Source: Solirubrobacterales bacterium
Lineage (GTDB): Bacteria > Actinomycetota > Thermoleophilia > Solirubrobacterales > JBBDJG01
DNA: 64,000 nt
Reading direction: 5' to 3'
Assembly (NCBI GenBank): GCA_038326655.1
Contig: JBBQKG010000003.1
Location: 57,456-121,455 of the forward strand
The first letter of the stretch is position 1. Each line of letters begins with the position of its first letter. Positions 8,320-17,656 of this stretch are shown here, piece after piece. The notes under the pieces were generated by a model, which was given only the letters and a program-made list of their open reading frames with translations, did no database searches and was not told where the DNA came from. Both the position numbers and the translations under genes were made by a program.

Positions 8320-9726
8320 ATGCCGACCGCCGAAGAAGTCGCCTTTGCGGGGATCGCCTCGCAGGCGGACATGGTCCGCCGCGGTGAGGTCTCCTCGCGC
8401 GAGCTGACCGATCTCTCGCTCGACCGGATCATCCGGCTCGACCCGCGGCTGAACGCATTCCGCGTGGTATTCGCCGATCGCGCGATCGAGGAGGCCGAGC
8501 GGGCCGACGAGCGCCGCGCGGCCGGGGAAGACGCTCCGCTCCTGGGCGTGCCGGTCGCGGTCAAGGACAACGTCGACGTGGCGGGCGAGGTGACCACGCA
8601 CGGCACCAACGCGTACGGCGGCGCGGCGATCAACGACTCCGAGGTGGTGCGGCGGCTGCGCGAGGCCGGCGCCGTGATCGTGGGGAAGACCACGCTTCCC
8701 GAGCTCGCGATCTGGCCGTTCACGGAGTCCGCGGCGTGGGGCGCGACCCGTAACCCGTGGGATCCCGCCCGCTCGACGGGAGGCTCGAGCGGGGGCGCTG
8801 CGGCGGCAGTCGCATCGGGCATGGTGGGCGTCGCCCACGCCAGCGACGGCGGCGGTTCGATCCGGATCCCGGCCGCGTGCTGCGGCCTGTTCGGGCTCAA
8901 GGCGCAGCGTGGCAGGGTCTCCCTGATGCCGGATGCCGAGCACTGGTACGGGCTGTCGGTCTTCGGCTGTGTCTCGCGCACGGTGCTCGACTCGGCGATC
9001 TTCTACGACGTGGTGCGGGGGCACGTGGAGGGCGACGCGCACACCGCTCCGGAGCCGCAGACCTCGTTCACCGACGCAGCGCGGACGCCGCCGGGCAAGC
9101 TTCGGATCGCTTTCACGACGAAGCCGATCCAGCCCGGGCCGGTCGCCGAAGAGGTCAAGCAGGCCGTCCACGAGACCGCCGACCTGTTGCACTCGCTCGG
9201 CCATGACGTGCGTGAGCGGGCGCCGAAGTGGGGCTTCCAGCTGCCGGCGTTCCTGCCGCGATATCTCGCCGGCATCCGCGACGACGTGATGCGCATGGCC
9301 CACCCGGAGCGCCTGGAGCCCCGCACGCGCCGCCTCGCAAGCTTCGGCGAGCGCCTGCGCGGCCGGCCGCTGCGATCGGCGCTCGCCGCCGAGGCGAACC
9401 ACGCGCGCCGACTCGGGGAGCTGTTCGCCGAATTCGACGTGCTGATCACGCCCACGATCGCGCGGATGCCGGTCGAGGTCGGGCGCTGGGAGGGAAAGGG
9501 CGCCGTCGCGACGGTCAACGGCGTCGCCAGGTACGTCCCGTTCACGACCCCCTGGAACCTCACGGGCCAGCCCGCCGCGGCCGTTCCCGCGGGGTTTTCT
9601 TCCGAAGGCATGCCGCGATCGGTGCAGCTCGTGGGCCGGCCCGCCGACGAGACGACGCTGCTCTCGCTGAGCGCGCAGCTCGAGGCCGAGCGGCCCTGGG
9701 CGGACCGCCGGCCGCGCGTGTCCTAG
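8320..9726 (+). CDS. amidase (amidase-signature family)
   Basis: ATG 8320. Amidase signature GVPVAVKDN ... GGSSGGAAAAVASG ... ASDGGGSIRIPAA. The upstream 204 codons of ORF 7708..9726 are shadow. Confidence 0.9.
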   Translation: MPTAEEVAFAGIASQADMVRRGEVSSRELTDLSLDRIIRLDPRLNAFRVVFADRAIEEAERADERRAAGEDAPLLGVPVAVKDNVDVAGEVTTHGTNAYGGAAINDSEVVRRLREAGAVIVGKTTLPELAIWPFTESAAWGATRNPWDPARSTGGSSGGAAAAVASGMVGVAHASDGGGSIRIPAACCGLFGLKAQRGRVSLMPDAEHWYGLSVFGCVSRTVLDSAIFYDVVRGHVEGDAHTAPEPQTSFTDAARTPPGKLRIAFTTKPIQPGPVAEEVKQAVHETADLLHSLGHDVRERAPKWGFQLPAFLPRYLAGIRDDVMRMAHPERLEPRTRRLASFGERLRGRPLRSALAAEANHARRLGELFAEFDVLITPTIARMPVEVGRWEGKGAVATVNGVARYVPFTTPWNLTGQPAAAVPAGFSSEGMPRSVQLVGRPADETTLLSLSAQLEAERPWADRRPRVS

Positions 9727-10925
9727 CGAAACGCCGCCCGGCAGTGCTCTGAGCAGAAGTAGACCGTGCGGCCCTCGTCGCTTGCGGTGAGCGCCTTCGC
9801 ACGGTCGACCCTCATGCCGCAAACCGGATCGGTGGCCCCCCGGCGCCGCGTGAGCAAGAGCAGGGCCGCGAAGACGGCCGTCGCGACCACGTTCAGGACG
9901 AGCTTGTAGTCCACCTGGATCGAGCCGAACACGTCCTCGGTGCCGGGCCGCTCGCGCGGGACGATGCCCAGCAGCGAGAACAGCCCGTCGACGGCGAGTG
10001 CTGCCAGCGCGATCGTCACGAACATGAGGGCGGTGATGCGGAGCGCAAAGCCCCAGCCGTAGTACTTGCGGTACACGACGATGATCGGGAGCACGATCAG
10101 GTCGGCGAAGATGAACGCCATCACGCCGGCGAAGGAGATGCCGCCGGACCACAGGACCGCCGCTAGCGGCACGTTCCCGATCGAGCAGACAAAACTCAGG
10201 ACGGCGATCAGCGGCCCGGCGACGACGTTCCAGACCGTCGGCAGCACGCCGGAGTCGCTGGTCAGGAAGAGGCCGTTGAAGAAGTCGTCGCCGAGCAGCG
10301 CGACGAACCCGGCCAGCAGGAAGCCGGCAGTGATCTCCTTCCAGAGCATCTGCCAATCGCCGCGGAAGTTGTGGGCGACGTCGGACCAGGCCTCGGCCGA
10401 CGTGAGGCGCGCACGCCAGCCGAGCTCCGAGCCCGCCGAGTGGTGCTGGTGGCCGGCCGCGGCCTCGCGCGCGTGCTCGCGCGCCCGCTCCTCCTCGCGC
10501 TGCGGCACGAACACCCGAAGCAGCAACGACATGAGCGCGATCATCACGAGCCCGCCGACGTACTCGCCGAGCGTGAACTGCCATCCGATCAGGATCCAGA
10601 GCACCAGCCCGAGCTCCCAGACCAGGTTCGTGGAGGCAAACTGGAAGGCCAGCGCCGAGACCGCCGAGGCACCCTTCTGGAACAGGCTCTTGGCGATTGC
10701 GATCGCGGCGTAGGAGCACGAGGACGAGGCCGCGCCGAGTCCCGTCGCGCGCGCGACCGATCCAAAGCCTGTCCCAGCCAGCGTGTTCTCGATCTTGCTG
10801 CGAGGGACCCATGCCTGCACCACAGCCGAGAGCGCGAAGCCGAGCACGAGCGCCCACCAGACCTCCCATGCCATCAGGAGGGCGTTGGAGAAGCCGTCGG
10901 CGATCTTGGCGATCACGTCGCTCAT
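9723..10925 (-). CDS. predicted permease (COG0701/ArsP_1-like) with C-terminal YHS/TRASH metal-binding domain
   Basis: Multi-pass membrane protein with Cys motifs [11 protein letters not shown] and [10 protein letters not shown] and a His-rich loop [11 protein letters not shown]. The C-terminal [14 protein letters not shown]...[15 protein letters not shown] matches the YHS/TRASH pattern. Confidence 0.75.
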   Translation of the reverse strand: MSDVIAKIADGFSNALLMAWEVWWALVLGFALSAVVQAWVPRSKIENTLAGTGFGSVARATGLGAASSSCSYAAIAIAKSLFQKGASAVSALAFQFASTNLVWELGLVLWILIGWQFTLGEYVGGLVMIALMSLLLRVFVPQREEERAREHAREAAAGHQHHSAGSELGWRARLTSAEAWSDVAHNFRGDWQMLWKEITAGFLLAGFVALLGDDFFNGLFLTSDSGVLPTVWNVVAGPLIAVLSFVCSIGNVPLAAVLWSGGISFAGVMAFIFADLIVLPIIVVYRKYYGWGFALRITALMFVTIALAALAVDGLFSLLGIVPRERPGTEDVFGSIQVDYKLVLNVVATAVFAALLLLTRRRGATDPVCGMRVDRAKALTASDEGRTVYFCSEHCRAAFR

Positions 10926-10942
10926 GAGACTGAGACCAGGTT

Positions 10943-10959
10943 ATACCCCCACCGGGTAT
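10943..10959. promoter_or_regulatory. CsoR-box-like operator (ATACCC-N5-GGGTAT)
   Basis: Perfect 6-bp inverted arms ATACCCccaccGGGTAT. They sit in the 48-nt gap between the divergent permease start (10925) and csoR start (10974). The architecture matches actinobacterial CsoR operators. Confidence 0.6.
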
Positions 10960-10973
10960 GTAACAATGATGCC

Positions 10974-11258
10974 GTGACGGAGACGCGCGGCTATACGGCA
11001 ACCAAGGACCAGCTGCTCAAGCGCCTGCGTCGGGTCGAGGGCCAGGTCCGGGGGATCGAGCGGATGGTCGAGGAGGATCGCTACTGCGTCGATGTCCTGA
11101 CTCAGGTCGGCGCGGTCCAGGCGGCGCTCGACAAGGTCGCCCTCGGGCTCTTGGACGACCACGTCGAGCATTGCGTGATGGGCGCCGAGGGCACGAAGCG
11201 CCAGGAGCGCACCGATGAGCTGATGGCCGCGGTCGGCCGGATGATGCGCCGGGGCTGA
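10974..11258 (+). CDS. csoR: CsoR-family metal-sensing transcriptional repressor
   Basis: GTG 10974 ([42 protein letters not shown]). The C...H...C ligand pattern is present ([14 protein letters not shown]). Length about 94 aa. Confidence 0.85.
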   Translation: MTETRGYTATKDQLLKRLRRVEGQVRGIERMVEEDRYCVDVLTQVGAVQAALDKVALGLLDDHVEHCVMGAEGTKRQERTDELMAAVGRMMRRG

Positions 11259-11291
11259 GGCGCCTGGCGTTCTACAGCGCAGTGCGGCCCT

Positions 11292-11309
11292 GACCGGCAA
11301 TCGCCGGTC
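11292..11309 (+). terminator. hairpin downstream of csoR
   Basis: GACCGGC-aatc-GCCGGTC, a 7-bp stem lying 34 nt after the csoR stop, followed by a T-containing tract (gctttcgcttt). Confidence 0.4.
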
Positions 11310-11360
11310 GCTACGATTGCGGGCGCTTTCGCTTTAGCCTCCGACCGAAGGAGCAAGCCG

Positions 11361-11963
<603 letters not shown>

Positions 11964-11987
11964 CGGGTCGCCGGCGCGGCGACGGGC

Positions 11988-12170
11988 CTAGCGCCCGCGA
12001 TCGAGGTCGCGCAGGAGGCGCGCCGTCGCCGCGGGCTGCTCGACCATCGGCGAGTGGCCGGCGCCGGGCACGATCTCGACGCGGACCCCGAACCGGTGCC
12101 GGTAGGAGTCTGCGGCTTCGGCCGCCGGCTCCGCCAGCCCGATCTTCCAGCGCCGGCGCACGGTGCCACC
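11988..12170 (-). pseudogene. C-terminal remnant of an alpha/beta hydrolase gene
   Basis: The minus-strand frame reads GAVRRRWKIGLAEPAAEAADSYRHRFGVRVEIVPGAGHSPMVEQPAATARLLRDLDRGR*. This is a typical alpha/beta-hydrolase tail containing the catalytic-His region. It is preceded by an in-frame stop (12171-12173) only 17 nt from the GH2 stop, and no N-terminal part is present. Confidence 0.6.
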
Positions 12171-12187
12171 CTATCCGCCGTCAAAGC

Positions 12188-14038
12188 TCAGCGAAACGGC
12201 TGGGTCGCGCCGAAGATCTGCCGCACCATGTCAAAGGCGGGCTTGCGAAACCCGGTGTCGTCGATCAGGCCCTTCTCGTTGACGGGCGGATGGGGGAGCG
12301 GGTTGCCGCCCGCCCAGCCGGGCTTCACGCGGAAGTCGTGAAGCGCCCAGACGATCGCCCCGTTGATGAACGGCTTCGAAGCGAGCACGGCCAGCTGGTA
12401 GGCGAGAAAGTCGGACTGGAACTCGTACGTGCCCTTCTCGGTCACAGGGCCGTGGCGATTTGCCTCCGCACCGACCTCCGTGATCATGAACGCCTGGTGC
12501 GGGTAGTCGGAGTGCATCCGGTTGAGGTATCCGCCGAGGCCTGACCGGTCGGCGATCGAGCCCGCCGGCCCCGGATACCAGCCGAAGTAGTCGTTCAGCC
12601 CGATCACGTCGACCGTGGTGTAGATGCTCTGCTTCTCGACGGTCGGATAACCGGACACCGCGATCCCGGTGAGACGCGCCGGGTCGAGCCGCCGGGCGAG
12701 GCCGCCGGCTTCCCGGATGTAGCGTTTGAGGCCTCGCTTCGGCCGTGAGGCGTTCTCGTTGCCGAGGCTCCAAACCATCACGGAGGGATGGTCGTAGTCG
12801 CGCAGGATCTCCTCCCGCAGCATGCGTAACGCCCGTTCGCGGATCGAGGGGCGGTTGAAGAGGGTGCTCTTCATCCGGTAGACCGGGATCTCCGACCAGA
12901 CAAGGATCCCGTGCTGGTCTGCGAGCGCGAGCTCGTACGGGCTGAGTGGATAGTGGGCGCGGGTCACGGTTGCGCCGAGGTCGCTCAGGTTCTTGAAGGT
13001 CTGGTTCATCTGGGCGGTGGTCAACGCCGCACCGCGATCCAGCGAGTCCTCGTGAATCGCCGCGCCGCGCAGGTTCACCTCGCGCCCGTTCAGCTCGATT
13101 CGGCCGAGCCGGTTCACGCGGAGGCTGCGGATCCCGGTGTGGACCTGGTAGGGCTGCGCCGCGCGGCCGTGGCCGTCGACGGCCCGCAGCCGCACCGAGT
13201 AGAGGAATGGACGGCCAGGCTCCCACAGCTTCGGATTGCTGATCCGCAGGCGCGTCCTGAGGCTCCGCGTCCCGTGCCGGGGGATGCGGGCGGCCCGGAA
13301 GCGGAGCGCCCGCGCACCGAATGTGCCGAGCACCCGCGCACGCAGGGCGCGGCCGGTGACGTTCGCGACGCGAGCATCGATGCGGACGGTCGCCGGGCAG
13401 CTGCGGCAGCGCAGGACCGGGCGTACCAGCGCGTAGCGGATGTCGAGGCGCTTCACCTTCCGCAGGTAGACCTCGCGTAAAATCCCGTTGTAGTTCCACC
13501 AGCCGCCGTCGAAGGCCCCGTCGGCCCGGTTCGAGAGCGGCGGGATGTCGTCCGGCCCCCGGCGGCTGTCGACGCGGATCACGAGGTGGTTGACGCCCGC
13601 TCGGGTCCCGTTCGCCGGCAGCTCGAAGGGCAGGTAGGCGCCCACGTGCTTACCCAGCAGCCGGCCGTTGAGCCACACCGTCGCGCGAAAGTTGACCGAC
13701 TCGAACCGAACCGTCCAGCTCACGCCGGGACCGCCACGAGGCCGCGTGAAGTCGTTGCGGTACCAGTGCACGAAGCCGGTGTAGCTCGCGGGCGAGAAAT
13801 CACCCGCATTGGCTGCGATCGGCACGCTCGCAGCGCGCCACCCGGCGAGGCTCGCCGAGCTCTGGAATCCGTCTCGGATCCCGGTGAAGGCGGGATCGGG
13901 GCGGTCGTACCAGCCCTGCTCGAGCAGATCGCGGCCCGAGGGGCCGTCGCGATCGACCGCCTGTGACGTCGAAGGTGAGACGATCGCTGCGAACAGGACC
14001 GCGCAGCATGCGAACAGAACCCTTCCCCGCGACCGCAC
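12188..14038 (-). CDS. secreted glycoside hydrolase family 2 (beta-galactosidase/beta-glucuronidase-like)
   Basis: GTG 14038, signal peptide ending STSQA. GH2 sugar-binding-domain pattern (FESVNFRATVWLNGRLLG). Acid/base region MVWSLGNEN and nucleophile region FMITEVGAE. Confidence 0.85.
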   Translation of the reverse strand: MRSRGRVLFACCAVLFAAIVSPSTSQAVDRDGPSGRDLLEQGWYDRPDPAFTGIRDGFQSSASLAGWRAASVPIAANAGDFSPASYTGFVHWYRNDFTRPRGGPGVSWTVRFESVNFRATVWLNGRLLGKHVGAYLPFELPANGTRAGVNHLVIRVDSRRGPDDIPPLSNRADGAFDGGWWNYNGILREVYLRKVKRLDIRYALVRPVLRCRSCPATVRIDARVANVTGRALRARVLGTFGARALRFRAARIPRHGTRSLRTRLRISNPKLWEPGRPFLYSVRLRAVDGHGRAAQPYQVHTGIRSLRVNRLGRIELNGREVNLRGAAIHEDSLDRGAALTTAQMNQTFKNLSDLGATVTRAHYPLSPYELALADQHGILVWSEIPVYRMKSTLFNRPSIRERALRMLREEILRDYDHPSVMVWSLGNENASRPKRGLKRYIREAGGLARRLDPARLTGIAVSGYPTVEKQSIYTTVDVIGLNDYFGWYPGPAGSIADRSGLGGYLNRMHSDYPHQAFMITEVGAEANRHGPVTEKGTYEFQSDFLAYQLAVLASKPFINGAIVWALHDFRVKPGWAGGNPLPHPPVNEKGLIDDTGFRKPAFDMVRQIFGATQPFR

Positions 14039-14106
14039 GACGCCGAAATAGAGCCCGGGGCTAGGCTTTGCGCCGTCATCCGTCGAATTTTCCCAGGAGG
14101 GGTTTC

Positions 14107-15285
14107 GTGCAAGAAGTCGTGATCACGTCCGCCGCCCGCACAGCCGTCGGGCGCTACGGAGGAAGCCTGAAGGACCAGCCCCCGACCGACCTGGGCGCGC
14201 TGGCGACGAAGACCGCACTCGAGCGTGCCGGGATCGAGCCCGACCAGGTGGACCAGGTCGTGTTCGGCAACGTCATCCATTCGGCGCCCGAGGACATGTA
14301 CATGGCGCGGGTCGTAGCGATCAAGGCCGGCATCCCGCAGGAGGTGCCCGCGTTCACCGTCAACCGGCTCTGCGGGACGGGAGTCCAGGCGATCGTTTCG
14401 GCGGCCCAGACGATCGCGACCGGCGAGGCCGACGTCGCGGTCGCGGGGGGAGCGGAGTCGATGAGCCGCGGCCCCTACTGGATGCCGCACGTCCGCTGGG
14501 GCGCGCGGATGGGCGAGACGAAGATGGTCGACCCCGTCGTCGGCGGCCTCACCGACCCCTTCAACGACATCCACATGGGCGTCACCGCGGAGAATCTCGC
14601 GGAGTCGCACGACATCAGCCGTGAGCAGCAGGATGAGTTCTCGGTCGAGTCTCACCGCCGCGCCACCCGGGCGCAGGAGGAAGGACTGTTCGACGAGGAA
14701 ATCGTGCCGGTCGAGATCCGCTCGAAGAAGGGCACGACGGAGTTCGTGAAGGACGAGCACGTGCGCCCGGAGGCGACGATGGAGACGATGGCCAAGCTGA
14801 AGCCGGTGTTCAAGCCGGACGGGACGGTCACCGCCGGCAACGCCTCCGGCATGAACGACGCGGCCGCGGCGGTCGTGCTGATGTCCGCCGAGGCGGCGGA
14901 GCGCCTCGGGGCTCCGGTCCGGGGCCGGATTCTCTCGTACTCGTACTGCGGCGTCGATCCGAAGATCATGGGCATCGGCCCGGTCCCCGCCGTGCGCAAG
15001 GCCCTCGACCGGGCCGGGCGATCACTGGACGAGGTCGACGTGATCGAGCTGAACGAGGCCTTCGCGGCGCAGTCACTCGCGGTCATCAAGGACCTCGACC
15101 TCGACCGCGAGAAGGTCAACCCCAACGGCGGCGCGATCGCGCTTGGACACCCGATCGCCGCGACCGGCGCGGTGATCACGACCAAGATCCTCTATGAGAT
15201 GGAGCGCAGCGGCCAGGATCTGGGGCTCGTCACGCTCTGCATCGGTGGCGGCCAGGGCATCGCGATGCTCATAGGCCGCAACTAG
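14107..15285 (+). CDS. acetyl-CoA C-acetyltransferase (thiolase II)
   Basis: GTG 14107 follows CCAGGAGG. VVITSAARTAVGRYGG, active-site NRLCGTG, NPNGGAIALGHP and CIGGGQG. Confidence 0.9.
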   Translation: MQEVVITSAARTAVGRYGGSLKDQPPTDLGALATKTALERAGIEPDQVDQVVFGNVIHSAPEDMYMARVVAIKAGIPQEVPAFTVNRLCGTGVQAIVSAAQTIATGEADVAVAGGAESMSRGPYWMPHVRWGARMGETKMVDPVVGGLTDPFNDIHMGVTAENLAESHDISREQQDEFSVESHRRATRAQEEGLFDEEIVPVEIRSKKGTTEFVKDEHVRPEATMETMAKLKPVFKPDGTVTAGNASGMNDAAAAVVLMSAEAAERLGAPVRGRILSYSYCGVDPKIMGIGPVPAVRKALDRAGRSLDEVDVIELNEAFAAQSLAVIKDLDLDREKVNPNGGAIALGHPIAATGAVITTKILYEMERSGQDLGLVTLCIGGGQGIAMLIGRN

Positions 15286-15314
15286 ACTCCAGCCGACACC
15301 GAGAGAGGAGAGAG

Positions 15315-15734
15315 ATGCCCATTTTCAAGGATGACCAGGAGGTGTACGACTACATCGGGAAGTTGTTCGTCGACCTGTCCGATGATCCCGAGCTGTCGCC
15401 CAAGTTTCGCCGGGCGGACACGATCGTGCAGTACAAATACTCGAACCCGGACTCGCAGATCACGGTGAAGATGAAGGAGGGGGAGGACGGTCAGGTCGAC
15501 TTCGGGCCGACCGACATGCAGCCCGAGATCGTGATGGCGATGGAGGCCGACACCGCGCACAGGTTCTGGCTCGGCAAGGTGAACGTCACGATGGCGCTCG
15601 CGAAGGGGCAGATCAAGGCGAAGGGGCCCGTCGCGAAGATCCTCAAGCTCGTGCCGCTCGTCAAGCCCGTCTTCCCGCGGTATCAGCAGATGCTCGAAGA
15701 AGCCAAGCGAGACGACCTGCTGAAGGCCGCCTGA
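15315..15734 (+). CDS. SCP2 sterol-carrier-like lipid-binding protein
   Basis: SD GAGAGGAGAGAG upstream. The SCP2-type C-terminus GKVNVTMALAKGQIKAKGPVAKILKL lies directly after the thiolase, a split SCPx-like arrangement. Confidence 0.75.
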   Translation: MPIFKDDQEVYDYIGKLFVDLSDDPELSPKFRRADTIVQYKYSNPDSQITVKMKEGEDGQVDFGPTDMQPEIVMAMEADTAHRFWLGKVNVTMALAKGQIKAKGPVAKILKLVPLVKPVFPRYQQMLEEAKRDDLLKAA

Positions 15735-15812
15735 GTCCGACTAGCAGCCGGTAAACGAGCGCGCTGACTCCTCGTCTTCACACGGCAGGGCGTGTTCGTC
15801 CCGTAGAAACCG

Positions 15813-16775
15813 CTAGCCGCGGCGGCGGGCGAGCTCGCGCTTCGCGATCTTGCGGAAGCGCCTGACCTTGCTGAAGTTCGCCCGGTAAGCCTCGAGCTTG
15901 CTCTCGGGTAGCTCGAATCCGCCGATCATGCGATGCGGCACGAGCGCCCATCCGCCGTCCTCCTGGACCAGGTCGCCCCGGACCTGGAAGTTGGTCTGCC
16001 AGCGAAAGTCGGGGCCGTGCGCGTGGGCCGTCAGGCACGCTTTCCCCGGCGCCGCCGGAAGCCATTCCGGAAGATCGCCAAGGCGAATCCGCCCCGCTGC
16101 GCGGTCGGGCTCGATCGCGAGGCGGGCCGAGATCGGAAACCCGTCGGGAGCCACCAGCGTCAGCACCGCGGTCGGGTGGCGCCGGCCGAGCTCCTGCATG
16201 CGGTCGTCCCACTGCAGCCCGCCGCCCTCCGGAGCGGCCCGCTCGACCTCCGGCTCCTGGGAGTGATGGGTGCGCACCTCCTCCAAGTGGGTGCCGAACA
16301 GCTGGGGCTCGCGGGTGAAGTCGCCCTTCTCCCACACGAAGACCCGCTCGGGCCTGACGTATACGTAGATCCGGGTGAAGTACCAGCCGAACATGCCCCG
16401 GATGGGCTTCGGTGGGTACAGGGCCTTCGTTGCCGGGAGCTTGGCGACGCTCTCGCGCGCATAGCGCTCACGGTTCGCGACGAGGTTGCGGTCGTCCACC
16501 TCCGCGGTGCCCTGCACCAGCACCGCGGGCGGGTCTTCCATGCCGCACCCGGTGCTGTCCGAGAAGAGCAGCGCGACCTGCGGGTTGTGGGCCGCGTCGT
16601 TGGCCTTCTTCGGATAGCCCATCCCGGTCGTGAGGTCGATCGCGCCGGCGCCGGCCCGGTAGTAGGGCGTCACGGGCCACGTGATCGGCTGGCCCTTGGC
16701 GTCGATCGTCGTGTACTCCGTGCTGATGAACCGCTCGAAGACTCGCTGCACCTCTTCCGGGAGGGTGGCCGTCAT
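15813..16775 (-). CDS. pyridoxamine 5'-phosphate oxidase-like (FMN/F420 split-barrel) protein, two tandem domains
   Basis: ATG 16775 ([35 protein letters not shown]). The second half ([20 protein letters not shown]) repeats the split-barrel pattern. The 558-aa ORF prefix overlaps the NUDIX gene and is shadow. Confidence 0.7.
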   Translation of the reverse strand: MTATLPEEVQRVFERFISTEYTTIDAKGQPITWPVTPYYRAGAGAIDLTTGMGYPKKANDAAHNPQVALLFSDSTGCGMEDPPAVLVQGTAEVDDRNLVANRERYARESVAKLPATKALYPPKPIRGMFGWYFTRIYVYVRPERVFVWEKGDFTREPQLFGTHLEEVRTHHSQEPEVERAAPEGGGLQWDDRMQELGRRHPTAVLTLVAPDGFPISARLAIEPDRAAGRIRLGDLPEWLPAAPGKACLTAHAHGPDFRWQTNFQVRGDLVQEDGGWALVPHRMIGGFELPESKLEAYRANFSKVRRFRKIAKRELARRRG

Positions 16776-16798
16776 CGCGGCGAGTATATTCGCGCCTC

Positions 16799-17422
16799 TC
16801 AGTAACCAGGGTCGCCTGGGAGCAGGATCTTCGGCTCCGGGCCCGAGGTGTCGATCTTTGGGAGGATCGGCTCCACCGCGACGGCGCCGATCCGCTCGAG
16901 CGCCTCCTCGGGCGACGAGAACCGCGCCAGCGTCTCCAGCATCTTGATCGTCGGGAAGACCAGCAGCAGCTCTCCCTCGCGATGACGTGCGAGCGCCTCG
17001 GCAGGGCCGAACCAGCCCACCTCGACGATCTCCTCCCCGTCCGGCTCCGGGACGGTGTGCGCGGCTGCCTGGGCGAGGTAGAACCGCGTGTCGTAGCGGA
17101 TCTTCACCTGCTCGGGGGTGATCCAGCGCGAGAACGGCACGAGCCCCTCGGGACCCGCCAGCGTGACGCCGGCCTCTTCCTCCAGCTCCCGGAGCGCCGT
17201 CGCGCGATGGGCGGTGTCGTCGTTTGCGGACCCGTCGACCGCGCCGCCCGGAAAGACCCAGACCTCGGCCATGAAGCGCGCGCGGGGTGTTCGCTTGCCG
17301 AGCAGCACCTCCAGGCCGCTCGCGGAATGCTTGGCGCCGCGGCGCATCAGGATCACGCCGGCGGCCGGCCTCGCGTCGGTCGGCGCGCCCCGGTTGAGCT
17401 CCTCGATGTGCTCGTCTGCCAC
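16799..17422 (-). CDS. NUDIX hydrolase
   Basis: GTG 17422. Nudix box [28 protein letters not shown]. Confidence 0.85.
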   Translation of the reverse strand: MADEHIEELNRGAPTDARPAAGVILMRRGAKHSASGLEVLLGKRTPRARFMAEVWVFPGGAVDGSANDDTAHRATALRELEEEAGVTLAGPEGLVPFSRWITPEQVKIRYDTRFYLAQAAAHTVPEPDGEEIVEVGWFGPAEALARHREGELLLVFPTIKMLETLARFSSPEEALERIGAVAVEPILPKIDTSGPEPKILLPGDPGY

Positions 17423-17473
17423 GGGTGGTCGTGTCTACAGCAAGATCGGCCGCTGTGTCAAACTCCCGGCCGG

Positions 17474-17656
17474 ATGGAAGCGGCCACACAGACCCGGAAG
17501 TGGATCTGCGAGTCCTGCGGATTCATCTACGACCCAGAGGAGGGCGACCTCGACGGGGGAATCGCGCCCGGCACGCCGTTCGACGCGATCCCGGACGACT
17601 GGTTCTGCCCGGTCTGCGGAGCCCGGAAGAAGGACTTCGTCCCCTACGAGGACTGA
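17474..17656 (+). CDS. rubredoxin
   Basis: ATG 17474. [15 protein letters not shown] ... [15 protein letters not shown] gives two CxxCG knuckles in 60 aa. Confidence 0.9.
   Translation: MEAATQTRKWICESCGFIYDPEEGDLDGGIAPGTPFDAIPDDWFCPVCGARKKDFVPYED

Noticed and set aside
8074-11001. 975-aa minus-strand ORF, the longest in the track
   Set aside because: It runs antisense to or out of frame with the amidase, permease and csoR genes. It is dominated by Arg, Ala, Pro and Gly, lacks any motif, and is the expected stop-free shadow frame of GC-rich coding DNA.
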